Assembly: GCA_963663995.1 (NCBI GenBank)
Contig: OY760660.1
Location: forward strand, 1,170,001 to 1,202,000
Direction: 5' to 3'
From: Erysipelotrichaceae bacterium
Lineage (GTDB): Bacteria; Bacillota_I; Bacilli_A; Erysipelotrichales; Erysipelotrichaceae
Length of the DNA stretch: 32,000 nt
In this document: in pieces, positions 1 to 10,861 of the stretch
How positions within the stretch are numbered: position 1 is the first letter of the stretch
Layout: each line of letters begins with the position of its first letter
Notes under the pieces: generated by a model
Told to the model about the DNA's origin: nothing
Seen by the model: the letters and a program-made list of their open reading frames with translations, nothing else
Database searches by the model: none
Made by a program: the position numbers and the translations under genes

Positions 1-301
1 GTGAACGGACAGCTGATTCACGACCAGGACCGACACCTTTAACAAGTACTTCAACTGTACGCATACCGTGATCAACCGCAGCTTTTGCAGCGGCGAGTGA
101 TGCTTCTTGAGCAGCGTAAGGAGTTGATTTACGAGAACCTTTGTAACCTAACGCACCCGCACTTGACCAAGATAATACATTACCTTGTTCGTCAGTGATT
201 GTAACGATGGTGTTATTGAAGGTTGTATGAATATGTGCCACGCCTTTTGCTATATTCTTACGAACGCGTTTTTTACGTGATGTTGCTTTTGCTTTAGCCA
301 T
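1..301 (-). CDS. rpsK: 30S ribosomal protein S11, 5' part (gene runs off window start)
   Basis: Not in the ORF track. Manual minus-strand translation from ATG at 299-301 gives [40 protein letters not shown]..., a typical S11 N-terminus. GGAGG lies at 311-315 upstream. Position after rpsM is as expected. Confidence 0.95.
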   Translation of the reverse strand, partial: MAKAKATSRKKRVRKNIAKGVAHIHTTFNNTIVTITDEQGNVLSWSSAGALGYKGSRKSTPYAAQEASLAAAKAAVDHGMRTVEVLVKGVGPGRESAVRS

Positions 302-314
302 ATTGTTTTACCTC

Positions 315-680
315 CTATTTCTTCTTATTGGCCACGGTGCGACGTGGACCTTTACGTGTACGCGCATTAGTACGTGTACGTTGTCCTCTTACAGGTAGAC
401 CTCTTCTGTGACGAATGCCACGGTAAGAAGCAATTTCCATAAGACGTTTAATGTTGAGGTTAACTTCACGACGAAGGTCACCTTCAACTCTGAATTTTTC
501 TACTTCTGTACGGATTAAGTTTACTTGATCTTCCGTAAGATCTTTAACGCGGATATCTTCTGATACGCCGCTAGCTTTTAAAATATCTTCCGCTCTTGAG
601 CGTCCGATTCCATAAATATAGGTTAATGAGACAACCACACGCTTATTTTGTGGAATGTCAATACCTGCGATACGAGCCAT
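315..680 (-). CDS. rpsM: 30S ribosomal protein S13
   Basis: 121-aa [33 protein letters not shown]... with the canonical S13 N-terminus. GGAGGAG Shine-Dalgarno upstream. Confidence 0.97.
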   Translation of the reverse strand: MARIAGIDIPQNKRVVVSLTYIYGIGRSRAEDILKASGVSEDIRVKDLTEDQVNLIRTEVEKFRVEGDLRREVNLNIKRLMEIASYRGIRHRRGLPVRGQRTRTNARTRKGPRRTVANKKK

Positions 681-697
681 TGATTAAGTCTCCTCCC

Positions 698-811
698 TTA
701 TCCTTGACGTTGTTTGTGCTTTGGATTTTCACAAATGATCATGACGCGGCCTTTGCGCTTAATCACACGGCACTTGTCACAGATTGGTTTGACAGATGGT
801 CTTACTTTCAT
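698..811 (-). CDS. rpmJ: 50S ribosomal protein L36 (Zn-binding form)
   Basis: Below the ORF-track size cutoff. Manual translation gives [37 protein letters not shown] (37 aa, TAA stop at 698-700) with C-x2-C...C-x5-H ligands. Canonical infA-rpmJ-rpsM position. Confidence 0.95.
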   Translation of the reverse strand: MKVRPSVKPICDKCRVIKRKGRVMIICENPKHKQRQG

Positions 812-830
812 ACTGTTTACTCCTTGACAC

Positions 831-1049
831 CTATTTGTGTCTAAATGTTATACGCCCACGTGTTAAATCATAAGGTGAGATTTCGACAGTTACGCGATCG
901 CCCGGTAAAATGCGAATGTAATGCATACGGATTTTACCAGAAACGTGAGCTTTTAGCGTATGTCCATTTTCTAATCTCACATCAAATGTTGTATTAGGTA
1001 ATACCTTTTCTACAACACCTTGTACTTCTATCACATCTTGTTTAGCCAT
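831..1049 (-). CDS. infA: translation initiation factor IF-1
   Basis: 72-aa [56 protein letters not shown]..., the S1-like IF-1 fold sequence. Confidence 0.97.
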   Translation of the reverse strand: MAKQDVIEVQGVVEKVLPNTTFDVRLENGHTLKAHVSGKIRMHYIRILPGDRVTVEISPYDLTRGRITFRHK

Positions 1050-1809
1050 TGGTTTCCTCCTTTGATAGTTGTGTTAGGATTTCAAAACCTTCTTCGGTAA
1101 CCACAATCGTGTGTTCATAATGAGCACTCAAGCTACCATCTTTGGTCTTGACTGTCCATTCATCTGAAAGAACTTTAGTATGTGGTTTCCCTGCATGAAC
1201 CATGGGTTCAATTGCTAGGCACATCCCTTTTTTGAGTCGAGGACCAACCCCAGCAGTTCCATGATTAGGCACAGCTGGATCTTCATGTAAATGAGAACCA
1301 ATTCCGTGTCCTGTGTATTCATAAGGAACAGTATACCCATGATCGTAGACATAATCTCCGATAGCAGCTGAGATATCACCTAAGTGTGCTCCCGCTTTTA
1401 CCCTTTCAAGTCCTACAAAGAGACTCTCTTTAGTTACATCCATTAATCTTTGGGCTTCATCACTGATTTTCCCCACCGCATAAGTCCATGCACTATCGCC
1501 ATGATAACCTTTGTAGTTTGCACCGATATCGACTGATACAATATCACCTTCAACAAGTAATCTGTGATCAGGTATACCATGCACCAAAGTATCATTTACA
1601 GATACACATGTAGCAGCTGGAAAGCCGCCATAACCTTTAAACGATGGAGTCGCCTGATGTGATAGGATTACAGCTTCAACGACTTTGTCGATATCCGCTG
1701 TACTGATGCCAGGCTTTATTGCTTCACTCACAGCTTTGTGAGCTAAGGCAACAATTTCTCCCGCTTTACGCATCAGATCTAATTCGCGGGGAGATTTCGT
1801 CGTAATCAT
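1042..1809 (-). CDS. map: type I methionine aminopeptidase
   Basis: 255-aa ORF with MetAP metal-ligand context ([21 protein letters not shown]). Lies between adk and infA as in Bacillota spc operons. Confidence 0.93.
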   Translation of the reverse strand: MITTKSPRELDLMRKAGEIVALAHKAVSEAIKPGISTADIDKVVEAVILSHQATPSFKGYGGFPAATCVSVNDTLVHGIPDHRLLVEGDIVSVDIGANYKGYHGDSAWTYAVGKISDEAQRLMDVTKESLFVGLERVKAGAHLGDISAAIGDYVYDHGYTVPYEYTGHGIGSHLHEDPAVPNHGTAGVGPRLKKGMCLAIEPMVHAGKPHTKVLSDEWTVKTKDGSLSAHYEHTIVVTEEGFEILTQLSKEETNG

Positions 1810-2456
1810 TATAGTGAACTCAAAACTTGGTCTATTTGAGCAAATACTTCATCAATAGGCTTGGAAGCATCAATATCATGTACCAAGTTATCTTTCCCAT
1901 AAAGATCTAAGACAGGTTGTGTTTGCAAAACGTGTTCTTGAAGACGAGTTGCTAACATTTCTGCGTTATCATCTGAACGATGAACGAGTTCATGTCCACA
2001 GTAATCACAGACACCATCCTTTTTAGGAGGGTCAAATTTTACGTGGAAAATCGCTCCGCAGTTTCGACAGAGTCGACGACCTAGTACGCGTTCTTTTAAA
2101 TCATCCAAGTGAACTTGTAGATTAAGAATAGCTTTAACAGGACGTTTAATCTCTTTCGATATTTCTTCAAACGCCTCAGCTTGAGGAAGTGTACGTGGAA
2201 AGCCATCTAAGAGATAGCCTCTTTGTGTATCATCCTCAAGCAAGCGTTGACGAACCATTTCAATCGTCACATCATCAGGAACTAATTTACCTTGATCAAT
2301 GTAACTTTGGGCTAGTTTACCCAACTCAGTTTGCGCATAAATGTGTGAGCGAAACATGTTACCCGTAGAAATGTGGGCAATTTTATATTTCTCTATAATT
2401 TTTTCTGCCATTGTACCTTTACCACTACCGGCGGCACCCATAATCAGAATATTCAT
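1809..2456 (-). CDS. adk: adenylate kinase with Zn-binding lid
   Basis: 215-aa ORF with P-loop GAAGSGKGT. Lid carries CRNCG...CDYCG (4-Cys zinc lid typical of Gram-positive Adk). Stop overlaps the map start by 1 nt. Confidence 0.96.
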   Translation of the reverse strand: MNILIMGAAGSGKGTMAEKIIEKYKIAHISTGNMFRSHIYAQTELGKLAQSYIDQGKLVPDDVTIEMVRQRLLEDDTQRGYLLDGFPRTLPQAEAFEEISKEIKRPVKAILNLQVHLDDLKERVLGRRLCRNCGAIFHVKFDPPKKDGVCDYCGHELVHRSDDNAEMLATRLQEHVLQTQPVLDLYGKDNLVHDIDASKPIDEVFAQIDQVLSSL

Positions 2457-2475
2457 TCACACGCTCCTTTTAGTT

Positions 2476-3765
2476 TTATTTAACAAAACCTCTATACGCT
2501 TTTTGTGTAAGTTGTCCTTCAAGATTTTTAAATGTTTCTAAGGCAACACCCACAACAATGATTATACCAGTTCCGCCAACTGCAATTGAGCTAGGTAGAT
2601 TGGTAACCATTGGTAGAGCATAAGGTAGTATTGCGATGACCATTAGGAATAAAGCTCCTAAGACCGTAATACGATTAAGTACTTTCGCAAGATACTCTTT
2701 CGTTTCATTACCTGGACGAATACCAGGAATGTATGTTCCAGATTTCCCTAAGTTATCACTAACCTTCTGTGGATCAACTTGTAAGTTGGTATAGAAGAAA
2801 GTGAAGACAACAATTAACAAAGCATAGATTGATAAACCATGCACAGTTTGGAAATTAAACCATGTGGTAAAGAAATCATAGAGCCAACGCGTTTGAGAAA
2901 AGAAACTAAACGCAGTTGCTGGCGCAGTCATTACAGCCGATGCAAAGATGACTGGAATAACATTGGCAGAGTTAATCTTTAGGGGTAAAAATGTAACATC
3001 GTTTTTACCTTTGCGTAAATTACTTGATGTATATTGAATTGGAATTTTACGTACTGCTTGTTGCATAAAGATAACTAATACAATAATCAATAGGTATAAA
3101 CCAATAAACATCAGATAATTCATAAACCCTGCAAACATGGCTGAATTAGATGACGTATCAACTAAAACAGAGTATGTGCTTGAGAAGGTATATGGGATAC
3201 GGGAAACGATCCCCGCAAAGATAATAATTGAAATCCCATTTCCAATTCCGAATTGAGAAATGCGATCACCCAACCATAATAGGAACATCGTACCAGCTGT
3301 TAATACAATTGATACATAGATGTAAGTAGAAATACTTGGGTTTTCTAGAATTCCATAATTCACTTGAAATGCATAAGCCATCGTATAAGATTGGAAGAAT
3401 GCCATAAACACTGTTGTATAACGAGTGATACGGTCCATTTGCTTACGACCTTGTTGACCAGATTTAGCCATTTCACTTAAAGCAGGAATAACATCCATTG
3501 ACAACAATTGAATGATGATGCTGGATGTGATATAAGGTGTGACCCCCATCGCGAAGATGGAGAAACGTTGAAGAGCACCACCACCTAAAAGGTTCATGAT
3601 GCCTAGAACTGAGTTATCGTCTAAACCATTAAGTAAAGCTGTTGTATCCACCATAGGAGCAGGTATTCCTGCTCCTAGGCGAAAGATAAAGAGTATACCT
3701 AAGGTAAAGAAAATTTTGTTGCGGATGTCTTTCTGTTTAAACAGATTGACAAACGTCGAGATCAT
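2476..3765 (-). CDS. secY: preprotein translocase subunit SecY
   Basis: 429-aa polytopic membrane ORF between rplO and adk, with SecY-like motifs (GIPAPMVD..., GVTPYITSSIIIQLL, GTGIIIVVGVALET). Confidence 0.96.
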   Translation of the reverse strand: MISTFVNLFKQKDIRNKIFFTLGILFIFRLGAGIPAPMVDTTALLNGLDDNSVLGIMNLLGGGALQRFSIFAMGVTPYITSSIIIQLLSMDVIPALSEMAKSGQQGRKQMDRITRYTTVFMAFFQSYTMAYAFQVNYGILENPSISTYIYVSIVLTAGTMFLLWLGDRISQFGIGNGISIIIFAGIVSRIPYTFSSTYSVLVDTSSNSAMFAGFMNYLMFIGLYLLIIVLVIFMQQAVRKIPIQYTSSNLRKGKNDVTFLPLKINSANVIPVIFASAVMTAPATAFSFFSQTRWLYDFFTTWFNFQTVHGLSIYALLIVVFTFFYTNLQVDPQKVSDNLGKSGTYIPGIRPGNETKEYLAKVLNRITVLGALFLMVIAILPYALPMVTNLPSSIAVGGTGIIIVVGVALETFKNLEGQLTQKAYRGFVK

Positions 3766-4208
3766 TAGAGAACCTCTGCTTTTCCGCCTGCTGCCTCAAT
3801 TGAAGCAAGGGCAGATTTTGAGAACTTGTGTGCTTTTACAGTTAGTTTTTTCTCTAAAGCTCCGACACCTAAAATTTTGATACCATTTAGTTCTTTTTTA
3901 ACTAGACCAGCATCAATTAAGATAACTGGAGTAATTTCTGCACCGTCTTCGAAACGATTTAATGCTTCAACATTAACGATAGCATATTCTTTTCTTGTGA
4001 AGTTTGTAAATCCACGTTTTGGTATACGACGGAATAAAGGTGTTTGACCCCCTTCAAATCCGAGCGCTACACCGCCGCCTGTACGAGCGTTTTGGCCTTT
4101 ATGACCTTTACCAGCAGTTTTACCTTGTCCACTACCTTGACCACGCCCGAGACGTTTACGGTCTCCTTGACGTGCACCTTCTACAGGTTTTAATTCATGT
4201 AATTTCAT
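3765..4208 (-). CDS. rplO: 50S ribosomal protein L15
   Basis: 147-aa [49 protein letters not shown]..., a typical Gly/Arg-rich L15 N-terminus. Confidence 0.96.
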   Translation of the reverse strand: MKLHELKPVEGARQGDRKRLGRGQGSGQGKTAGKGHKGQNARTGGGVALGFEGGQTPLFRRIPKRGFTNFTRKEYAIVNVEALNRFEDGAEITPVILIDAGLVKKELNGIKILGVGALEKKLTVKAHKFSKSALASIEAAGGKAEVL

Positions 4209-4222
4209 CTTTGGTAATCCTC

Positions 4223-4735
4223 CTACGCACGCACTTGTTCGTGTTTTAATTCACGTAACTTTGCGACATCTTCGATTGTTCTTAAGTTTTTAAGAGCTTC
4301 AAATGTGGCTTGCACCATATTGATTGGAGTACGACTACCTAAACATTTAGATAGAACATCCTCTAAGCCCGCTAATTCTAGAACGGCACGAATTGGTCCA
4401 CCAGCAATAACACCGGTACCTTCTGTAGCAGGTTTCAGTAATACTGAACCAGCACCGAAGTTTCCAACGATTGTGTGTGGAACTGTAGTTTTTACGATAG
4501 GTACTGTGATGAGATTCTTCTTAGCATTTTCAATTGCTTTCTTAATTGCATCAGGTACTTCATTAGCCTTACCGGTACCAAAACCGACACGACCTTTTTT
4601 ATCTCCTACAACAACTAAAGCAGCGAAGCGGAAACGACGTCCACCTTTAACAACCTTAGTAACGCGGTTGATGACAACCACGCGTTCTTCAAATTCTTTT
4701 GGCTCTCTTTCAAAGCGTCTTGGTTTGCGATCCAT
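4223..4735 (-). CDS. rpsE: 30S ribosomal protein S5
   Basis: 170-aa ORF ...[41 protein letters not shown]..., the S5 dsRBD-like core. Confidence 0.97.
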   Translation of the reverse strand: MDRKPRRFEREPKEFEERVVVINRVTKVVKGGRRFRFAALVVVGDKKGRVGFGTGKANEVPDAIKKAIENAKKNLITVPIVKTTVPHTIVGNFGAGSVLLKPATEGTGVIAGGPIRAVLELAGLEDVLSKCLGSRTPINMVQATFEALKNLRTIEDVAKLRELKHEQVRA

Positions 4736-4747
4736 GGTGTCCTCCTC

Positions 4748-5104
4748 CTAAAATTCTAGTCCAGCTTTTCTTGCTGCATCAGCAAGTGCTTTGACTCTTC
4801 CGTGATAGAGGTAACCACCTCTGTCAAATACTACATTTTTAACTTTTGCTTTTTTAGCACGTTTTGCAAGCTCAGTACCGACCTCGGTTGCTGCTGCTAC
4901 GTTACCACCATTTTCGAGTTTCAAATCAATACTACTGCAAGCAACTAGGGTTACACCCTTAACATCATCGATGATTTGTGCAGAGATATTTGTGTTTGAA
5001 CGGAAAACGCTTAAACGCGGACGATCAGCGGTCCCAGAGATCTTAGAACGAACGCGTAAGTGACGACGTTGTCTTTGAGCATTCTTAGATATTTTCTTAA
5101 GCAT
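4748..5104 (-). CDS. rplR: 50S ribosomal protein L18
   Basis: 118-aa ORF ...[35 protein letters not shown]...[27 protein letters not shown]. Confidence 0.97.
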   Translation of the reverse strand: MLKKISKNAQRQRRHLRVRSKISGTADRPRLSVFRSNTNISAQIIDDVKGVTLVACSSIDLKLENGGNVAAATEVGTELAKRAKKAKVKNVVFDRGGYLYHGRVKALADAARKAGLEF

Positions 5105-5125
5105 GTCTTAATTTCTCCTTTCCCA

Positions 5126-5671
5126 CTATTTCTTAGCAGCTGTTTTTCCTTCTTTACGACGGACCAGCTCACCTTTATAACGTACACCTTTACCTTTATA
5201 AGGTTCAGGTTTACGAGTTGCACGAATGTTCGCAGCTAATTCACCAACACGTTGTTTATCAATGCCTTTGACAATGATTTGAGTAGGAGCTGGACATTCG
5301 ACTGTTAAACCTTGTTCAACATCGAACACAATTGGATGTGAATAACCAACAGCAAGTGTTAGTTTTTGACCTTGCACATTAGCTCTATAACCGATACCGA
5401 CTAGTTCTAATGCACGAGTATATCCTTCAGATACACCCACAACCATATTGTTTAATAATGCACGAGTTGTCCCATGCAATTGTTTTGTGTGTTTTTCCTC
5501 ATTTGGACGAGCCACTGTGAGCACACCTTCATTTATTTCAATCTTTAATAATGGATTGAAAGCACGAGTTAATGATCCTTTAGGACCCTTAACCGTCACC
5601 TCATTCCCAGCACCAAGTGTAATTTCGACACCTGCAGGAATGGTAATCGCTTTATTCCCGATACGTGACAT
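5126..5671 (-). CDS. rplF: 50S ribosomal protein L6
   Basis: 181-aa [37 protein letters not shown]...GYSHPI...[14 protein letters not shown]. Confidence 0.97.
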   Translation of the reverse strand: MSRIGNKAITIPAGVEITLGAGNEVTVKGPKGSLTRAFNPLLKIEINEGVLTVARPNEEKHTKQLHGTTRALLNNMVVGVSEGYTRALELVGIGYRANVQGQKLTLAVGYSHPIVFDVEQGLTVECPAPTQIIVKGIDKQRVGELAANIRATRKPEPYKGKGVRYKGELVRRKEGKTAAKK

Positions 5672-5686
5672 GTGTAATTTCCTTTC

Positions 5687-6085
5687 TTACCACACGTAGG
5701 CGATAACTTCGCCACCAACGTGTTGTTTACGCGCTTGCTTATCGGTAAGAACGCCATTTGATGTAGAAATAATAGCAACCCCTAAGCCATTAAGAACTCT
5801 AGGTAGATTTTCAACATCAACATAAACGCGCAAACCAGGTTTAGAAATACGCTTTAGACCAGAGATAACTTTTTCTCCATTAGGTCCATATTTTAATGTA
5901 ACTGTGATTACAGCAGGTAATTCACCAGCTACTTTGTAACTTGTGATAAAGCCTTCTTCTTTTAAGATTCTAGCAATTTCAACTTTTTCTTTACTGGAAG
6001 GTACTTCCACAGTTTCGTGACGTGCACTAGCAGCGTTACGAATGCGTGTAAGCATATCCGCAATTGGATCTGTCATATTCATCAT
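5687..6085 (-). CDS. rpsH: 30S ribosomal protein S8
   Basis: ORF contains [15 protein letters not shown]..., the S8 signature. I chose the ATG at 6085 (MMNMTD...) because GGAGGA sits about 6-12 nt upstream. The track start at 6106 would overlap the rpsN stop and lies upstream of that SD. Confidence 0.93.
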   Translation of the reverse strand: MMNMTDPIADMLTRIRNAASARHETVEVPSSKEKVEIARILKEEGFITSYKVAGELPAVITVTLKYGPNGEKVISGLKRISKPGLRVYVDVENLPRVLNGLGVAIISTSNGVLTDKQARKQHVGGEVIAYVW

Positions 6086-6099
6086 GTGGTTTCTCCTCC

Positions 6100-6285
6100 T
6101 TACCAACTAGCCTTTTTAACACCAGGAATTTGACCTTTATAAGCCAATTCTCTGAAGCAAATACGGCAGAGTTTGTATTTTTGTAATACTGAATGTGGAC
6201 GACCACAACGTTCGCAACGAGTATACTCACGCACTTTGAACTTTTGAGGACGTTTAGATTTATTGATTAATGATGTCTTAGCCAT
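6100..6285 (-). CDS. rpsN: 30S ribosomal protein S14, short zinc-ribbon (type Z) form
   Basis: 61-aa ORF with CERCG...CRIC. Length and Cys pattern match the Zn-dependent S14 of Bacillota spc operons. Confidence 0.96.
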   Translation of the reverse strand: MAKTSLINKSKRPQKFKVREYTRCERCGRPHSVLQKYKLCRICFRELAYKGQIPGVKKASW

Positions 6286-6288
6286 AAA

Positions 6289-6843
6289 TTATTTTCCTCC
6301 TGCAGTTTTAGCAAATGGCATACCGAGGTTTGCAAGTAATGAGCGACCTTCAGCATCTGTATTAGCTGTGGTTACAACAACGACGTCCATACCACGAACT
6401 TTTTGAACTTTATCGTAATTGATTTCTGGGAAGATCAATTGTTCTTTTACACCGAGTGTAAAGTTACCACGACCATCAAAGGCAGTTGAGCTAACACCAC
6501 GGAAATCACGTACACGAGGTAGAGCAATGTTTACAAGTTTATCTAAGAACTCGTACATTTTTTCTCCACGTAAAGTTACTTTACAGCCAATTTCCATCCC
6601 TTCACGAAGTTTAAAGTTCGCAATGGATTTCTTAGCTTTTGTAATTACTGGTTTTTGACCTGTAATTTGAGTTAATTCTTTAACAGCATCTTCTAGCGCT
6701 TTTGAATTAGCAATAGCATCACCAACACCCATGTTGATAACGATTTTTTCAAGTCTTGGCGCTTCCATGACTGATGAATAATTAAATTCTTTAACCAAAG
6801 CAGGTACAACGTCTTTGGTATATTTATCTTTTAATCGACTCAC
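6289..6843 (-). CDS. rplE: 50S ribosomal protein L5
   Basis: 184-aa [46 protein letters not shown]... Confidence 0.97.
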   Translation of the reverse strand: MSRLKDKYTKDVVPALVKEFNYSSVMEAPRLEKIVINMGVGDAIANSKALEDAVKELTQITGQKPVITKAKKSIANFKLREGMEIGCKVTLRGEKMYEFLDKLVNIALPRVRDFRGVSSTAFDGRGNFTLGVKEQLIFPEINYDKVQKVRGMDVVVVTTANTDAEGRSLLANLGMPFAKTAGGK

Positions 6844-6857
6844 GATGTCCTCCTTGA

Positions 6858-7208
6858 TTATTCAGCTGCTTTTTTAGCTGCAGCTTTTTTCGCTGGAGCT
6901 TTCTTAGCAGGTGCTTTCTTTTCTGTAGCTTCTTTTTTAGCAGTTGCTTTTTTAGCAGGAGCTTTTTTGTCAGCTTTTTTAGCTTTCTTTTCTTCAGCTA
7001 ATGCAACATTTGAAACGTGAATTTTAGCTTCCATTTCAATCATGCCGCCTTCAGGGTTCGCTTGGGAAGGTTTAAGAGCCTTCTTAACCATGTGAACACC
7101 TTCAACAATTACCTTGTCCTCTGCAGGGAATGTTTTGAGAACTTCAGCAATTGTTCCTTTATCATCACCAGTGATGACGCGGACTTTATCACCTTTTTTA
7201 ATTTTCAT
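6858..7208 (-). CDS. rplX: 50S ribosomal protein L24 with Ala/Lys/Pro-rich C-terminal tail
   Basis: N-terminal KOW core [24 protein letters not shown]...IHVSNV, followed by ~46 aa of AKK/PAKK low complexity (see findings). Confidence 0.94.
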   Translation of the reverse strand: MKIKKGDKVRVITGDDKGTIAEVLKTFPAEDKVIVEGVHMVKKALKPSQANPEGGMIEMEAKIHVSNVALAEEKKAKKADKKAPAKKATAKKEATEKKAPAKKAPAKKAAAKKAAE

Positions 7209-7218
7209 CGCATCCTCC

Positions 7219-7587
7219 TTATAGAACCTCAGGGGCTAAAGATACAATTTTCATGTATCCACGATCACGGATTTCACGAGCAACTGGGCCGAAAATACGT
7301 GTGCCTCTTGGGGTATTGTCTTCTTTAATAATAACTACTGCGTTGTCATCAAATTTGATGTATGTTCCACTGTCACGACGAACGCCACGAACTGTACGAA
7401 CAACAACTGCTTTAACAACTTCACCTTTTTTAACTTGGCCACCGACTGCAGCTGATTTAACAGTGCAAACGACAACGTCGCCAATATTTGCGTAACGTCT
7501 GCGAGATCCACCTAGAGCACGAATAACGAGTACTTCTTTTGCTCCGGAGTTATCGGCGACTTTACATCTACTTTCGTTTTGAATCAT
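7219..7587 (-). CDS. rplN: 50S ribosomal protein L14
   Basis: 122-aa [43 protein letters not shown]... Confidence 0.98.
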   Translation of the reverse strand: MIQNESRCKVADNSGAKEVLVIRALGGSRRRYANIGDVVVCTVKSAAVGGQVKKGEVVKAVVVRTVRGVRRDSGTYIKFDDNAVVIIKEDNTPRGTRIFGPVAREIRDRGYMKIVSLAPEVL

Positions 7588-7595
7588 AAGGCCTC

Positions 7596-7856
7596 CTACA
7601 ACTTGATCGCTTCTTTAACGACTTTTACTAGACGGAAGTTTTTGTCTTTACTCAAAGGACGTGTTTCCATAATTTCTACTTCATCACCGAACTTTGCGAC
7701 ATTTGCTTCATCATGTGCTTTATATTTTTTTGAATACTTCACTCTTTTAGCATATAAAGGGTGACGTTTGGATGTGCTGACTTCAACAACAATGGTTTTA
7801 TCCATTTTGTCAGAAACAACTGTTCCACGATATACTTTACGATTTGTTCTTTCCAT
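7596..7856 (-). CDS. rpsQ: 30S ribosomal protein S17
   Basis: 86-aa [53 protein letters not shown]... Confidence 0.97.
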   Translation of the reverse strand: MERTNRKVYRGTVVSDKMDKTIVVEVSTSKRHPLYAKRVKYSKKYKAHDEANVAKFGDEVEIMETRPLSKDKNFRLVKVVKEAIKL

Positions 7857-7868
7857 GGATAAATCCTC

Positions 7869-8066
7869 CTACTTCGCTTCCGCAATAGCACGTTCACTGA
7901 TAACAGTTTTAATACGTGCGATTGTTTTACGGATTTCCTTAATACGGCCAAAGTTTGTTAATTGTCCAGTTGCTTTTTGGAAACGCAAGGTGAACAATTC
8001 TTCTTTTAGAGTATCAACTTCTTTAAGTAATTCTGCATTACTTTTTTCGCGGATATCTTTTATCAT
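7869..8066 (-). CDS. rpmC: 50S ribosomal protein L29
   Basis: 65-aa ORF ...[36 protein letters not shown]. Start overlaps the rplP stop (ATGA-type coupling). Confidence 0.96.
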   Translation of the reverse strand: MIKDIREKSNAELLKEVDTLKEELFTLRFQKATGQLTNFGRIKEIRKTIARIKTVISERAIAEAK

Positions 8067-8485
8067 GCTAGTTCTTCCTCACCTTTCTTAACAAAGCGAC
8101 ACTTAACATTGAGTTTGTGTGAACCAAGACGAAGAGCTTCACGAGCAACTTCTTCAGAAACTCCAGCAACTTCGAATAGTACACGTCCAGGTTGAACAAC
8201 TGCTACCCAACCTTCAGGTGCACCTTTACCACTACCCATACGGACTTCAAGTGGTTTTCTTGTGATAGCTAAATGTGGGAAAATTTTAATCCACACTTTT
8301 CCACCACGTTTCATATAACGAGTGATAGCAATACGAGCTGCTTCAATTTGACGGTTACTTACGTAGTTTCCGCTTTCAGCAACTATGCCATATTCTCCAA
8401 AGTCAACATTACGGCCAGCTTTAGAACGTCCTTCATAACTTACGCGATGAGGACGACGATATTTTGTACGATTTGGCATCAACAT
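8063..8485 (-). CDS. rplP: 50S ribosomal protein L16
   Basis: 140-aa [37 protein letters not shown]... Confidence 0.97.
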   Translation of the reverse strand: MLMPNRTKYRRPHRVSYEGRSKAGRNVDFGEYGIVAESGNYVSNRQIEAARIAITRYMKRGGKVWIKIFPHLAITRKPLEVRMGSGKGAPEGWVAVVQPGRVLFEVAGVSEEVAREALRLGSHKLNVKCRFVKKGEEELA

Positions 8486-8487
8486 AA

Positions 8488-9330
8488 TTATTCACCAGCC
8501 TCCTCTTTAACAACTTTTTTTGCAGGAGCAGCTTCAACAGCTTTTGTTTCTTTTACTTCAGTAGCTGAAACACCTTGTGTTTTTGCGCCTTCCATAGCAT
8601 TAGTTTGTTCGTTGCGATCACGACGTGGACGACGATTGTTGTCACGACGTGGACGACGACGTGGATTGTCTTTTGGTGCTTCAGGTTCTTTAACCATTTC
8701 ACCAGGTAAAACTTCACCACGGCAGATCCAAACTTTAACACCTAAGCGACCATATGTTGTATGTGCTTCGGCTAAAGCATAGTCGATATCTGAACGAAGT
8801 GTATGTAGAGGCACAACACCTTCTGAATAACCTTCGCTACGAGCGATATCATTACCACCTAAACGGCCAGAAACCATCGTTTTAACACCTTTAGCTCCTG
8901 AACGCATGACTTGTTGGATAGCACGTTTTTGAGCAATACGGAAAGAAGCACGAGCTTCTAATTGATCAGCAATTAAACGAGCAACTAAGTTTGCATCTAA
9001 GTTAGGGTTAGCAACAGCAACGACCGTAATCTTAACTGTTTTTTCACCTAACATTTTTTCTAAATCTTTACGAGTTGCTTCGATAGCAGCACCATCTTGA
9101 CCGATGATTTCGCCAGGTTTAGCAGCACGAATAATGATTTCGACTTTATCTTTTGTACGTTCGATTTCAATACGACTTACAGAAGCTTTTGAATATTTTT
9201 CGGAAACGAATTTACGAATTTCAACATCTTCTAATAAGAATTTACCGAAATCTTTTTCAGCGTACCAGCGGGATTGCCAGTCGCGGATAATACCGACACG
9301 CATGCCGATTGGATTAACTTTTTGACCCAT
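8488..9330 (-). CDS. rpsC: 30S ribosomal protein S3 with ~65-aa C-terminal extension
   Basis: Canonical start [24 protein letters not shown] at the ATG at 9330, with GGAGG upstream. The 12 extra N-terminal codons in the track overlap the rplV end and are unlikely to be real. KH and S3-C domains are intact through ...[10 protein letters not shown], then the extension follows. Confidence 0.94.
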   Translation of the reverse strand: MGQKVNPIGMRVGIIRDWQSRWYAEKDFGKFLLEDVEIRKFVSEKYSKASVSRIEIERTKDKVEIIIRAAKPGEIIGQDGAAIEATRKDLEKMLGEKTVKITVVAVANPNLDANLVARLIADQLEARASFRIAQKRAIQQVMRSGAKGVKTMVSGRLGGNDIARSEGYSEGVVPLHTLRSDIDYALAEAHTTYGRLGVKVWICRGEVLPGEMVKEPEAPKDNPRRRPRRDNNRRPRRDRNEQTNAMEGAKTQGVSATEVKETKAVEAAPAKKVVKEEAGE

Positions 9331-9343
9331 GACTTTTCCTCCC

Positions 9344-9679
9344 TTATTCTCTTTCAGCCACAACAACAGTGATGTGACTTGTACGTTTTAAAATTTGGTC
9401 AGCTCTACCTTTAGCACGAGGCATAAAGCGTTTGAGCACAACACCTGCATCCGCATAACATGCTTTAACATAGAGTTTTTCTCCATCTAATTCATGATTA
9501 TGTGTTGCGTTAGCAATAGCAGATTTAAGAACTTTGTTAATAGCAACAGCCGCTACGTTTGGGGTGAACTTTAAGATAGCTGCAGCTTCTTCCACGTTTT
9601 TACCACGAATTAGATCTAAGACTAAACGTGCTTTACTTGGTGGAATACGTAGAGTTTTAGCAGTAGATTTTACATCCAT
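9344..9679 (-). CDS. rplV: 50S ribosomal protein L22
   Basis: 111-aa ORF ...[31 protein letters not shown]... Confidence 0.97.
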   Translation of the reverse strand: MDVKSTAKTLRIPPSKARLVLDLIRGKNVEEAAAILKFTPNVAAVAINKVLKSAIANATHNHELDGEKLYVKACYADAGVVLKRFMPRAKGRADQILKRTSHITVVVAERE

Positions 9680-9684
9680 CTCGC

Positions 9685-9957
9685 TTAACCTCTCTTATCG
9701 TCATCACCATGTGATGCGACCTTTCTTGTTGGAGCAAATTCACCCAATTTGTGTCCAACCATATCTTCAGTAACAAATACTGGCACGTGTTCTTTACCGT
9801 TGTAAACCGCAAATGTATGTTCTACAAATTGAGGGAAGATAGTGGAACGGCGAGACCATGTTTTAATAACTTCTTTTTTACTTGCTGCATTCAGTTTTTC
9901 CACTTTATTCATTAAGTGTTCATCACAGAATGGGCCTTTTTTTAGACTACGACTCAT
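9685..9957 (-). CDS. rpsS: 30S ribosomal protein S19
   Basis: 90-aa [26 protein letters not shown]...[46 protein letters not shown]. Confidence 0.98.
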   Translation of the reverse strand: MSRSLKKGPFCDEHLMNKVEKLNAASKKEVIKTWSRRSTIFPQFVEHTFAVYNGKEHVPVFVTEDMVGHKLGEFAPTRKVASHGDDDKRG

Positions 9958-9975
9958 ATTTTAACCTTTCCTTTC

Positions 9976-10809
9976 TTACTTCTTGTTACGACGGCGAACG
10001 ATTAATTTATCAGATGCCAGTTTAGTTTTACGAGTTTTAACACCCATAGCTTTTTTGCCCCAAGGTGTCATAGGTGATTTACGTCCAATAGGCGAACGTC
10101 CTTCACCACCACCATGTGGGTGGTCATTAGGGTTCATAACTGATCCACGAACTGTTGGGCGGATACCCATCCAACGTGTACGGCCAGCTTTACCGATATT
10201 GACTAAGTTATGGTCTTCATTACCAACAACACCAATGGTTGCACGGCAATTGCTTAATACTTTACGCACTTCACCAGAAGATAAACGTAAGATTGAATAA
10301 CGACCTTCTTGACCTAAGATTTGAACAGATGTTCCAGCAGAACGAGCCATTTGGCCACCTTTACCAGGTTTAAGTTCTACATTGTGAACAACAGTACCGT
10401 CAGGCATTGAACCAAGTTCCATTGCGTTACCAACTTTGATATCAGCTTTTGTACCTGATATAACTTGCATACCTACAGTTAAACCTTTAGGTGCTAAGAT
10501 ATAACGTTTCTCCCCATCAACATAATTTAATAATGCGATGTTTGCGGAACGATTTGGATCATATTGAATACTTGCTACATTAGCAACAATTTCATCTTTG
10601 TTACGTTTGAAATCGATAATACGATATAAACGTTTATGGCCACCGCCTTTATGACGAGTGGTGATACGGCCGTTGTTATTACGACCACCTTCCTTGCTGA
10701 AACTATCTAACAAGGAACGTTCTGGCTTACGATCGGTGATTTCATCATTCACCAACGTGGTCATGCCACGTCGACCTGGCGTGGTCGGTTTATACTTTTT
10801 AATCGCCAT
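9976..10809 (-). CDS. rplB: 50S ribosomal protein L2
   Basis: 277-aa [20 protein letters not shown]...[15 protein letters not shown]...[15 protein letters not shown]. Confidence 0.98.
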   Translation of the reverse strand: MAIKKYKPTTPGRRGMTTLVNDEITDRKPERSLLDSFSKEGGRNNNGRITTRHKGGGHKRLYRIIDFKRNKDEIVANVASIQYDPNRSANIALLNYVDGEKRYILAPKGLTVGMQVISGTKADIKVGNAMELGSMPDGTVVHNVELKPGKGGQMARSAGTSVQILGQEGRYSILRLSSGEVRKVLSNCRATIGVVGNEDHNLVNIGKAGRTRWMGIRPTVRGSVMNPNDHPHGGGEGRSPIGRKSPMTPWGKKAMGVKTRKTKLASDKLIVRRRNKK

Positions 10810-10861
10810 GTGTTTCCTCCTGACGCAATTTATCCGGAAATAGCGTGATTCTTCCGATATG

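Noticed and set aside
4305-4751. Long plus-strand ORFs antisense to ribosomal genes (also 596-844, 3596-3880, 7017-7328, 7768-8091, 8273-8782, 9983-10300 and others), plus alternate-frame minus-strand ORFs inside fusA, rpoC and rpoB
   Set aside because: These are shadow ORFs fully nested in strongly conserved genes. Their compositions are low-complexity or odd (Ser/Thr/Pro/Arg-rich), they lack SD sequences, and they have no recognisable motifs.
9331-9366. N-terminal extensions given by the ORF track for rpsC (9366), rplC (12656), rpsH (6106), the aminotransferase (17487) and the small membrane ORF (18923, TTG)
   Set aside because: In each case an internal ATG reproduces the canonical family N-terminus and is preceded by a well-spaced GGAGG-type SD. 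The longer versions overlap the upstream gene or lack an SD.
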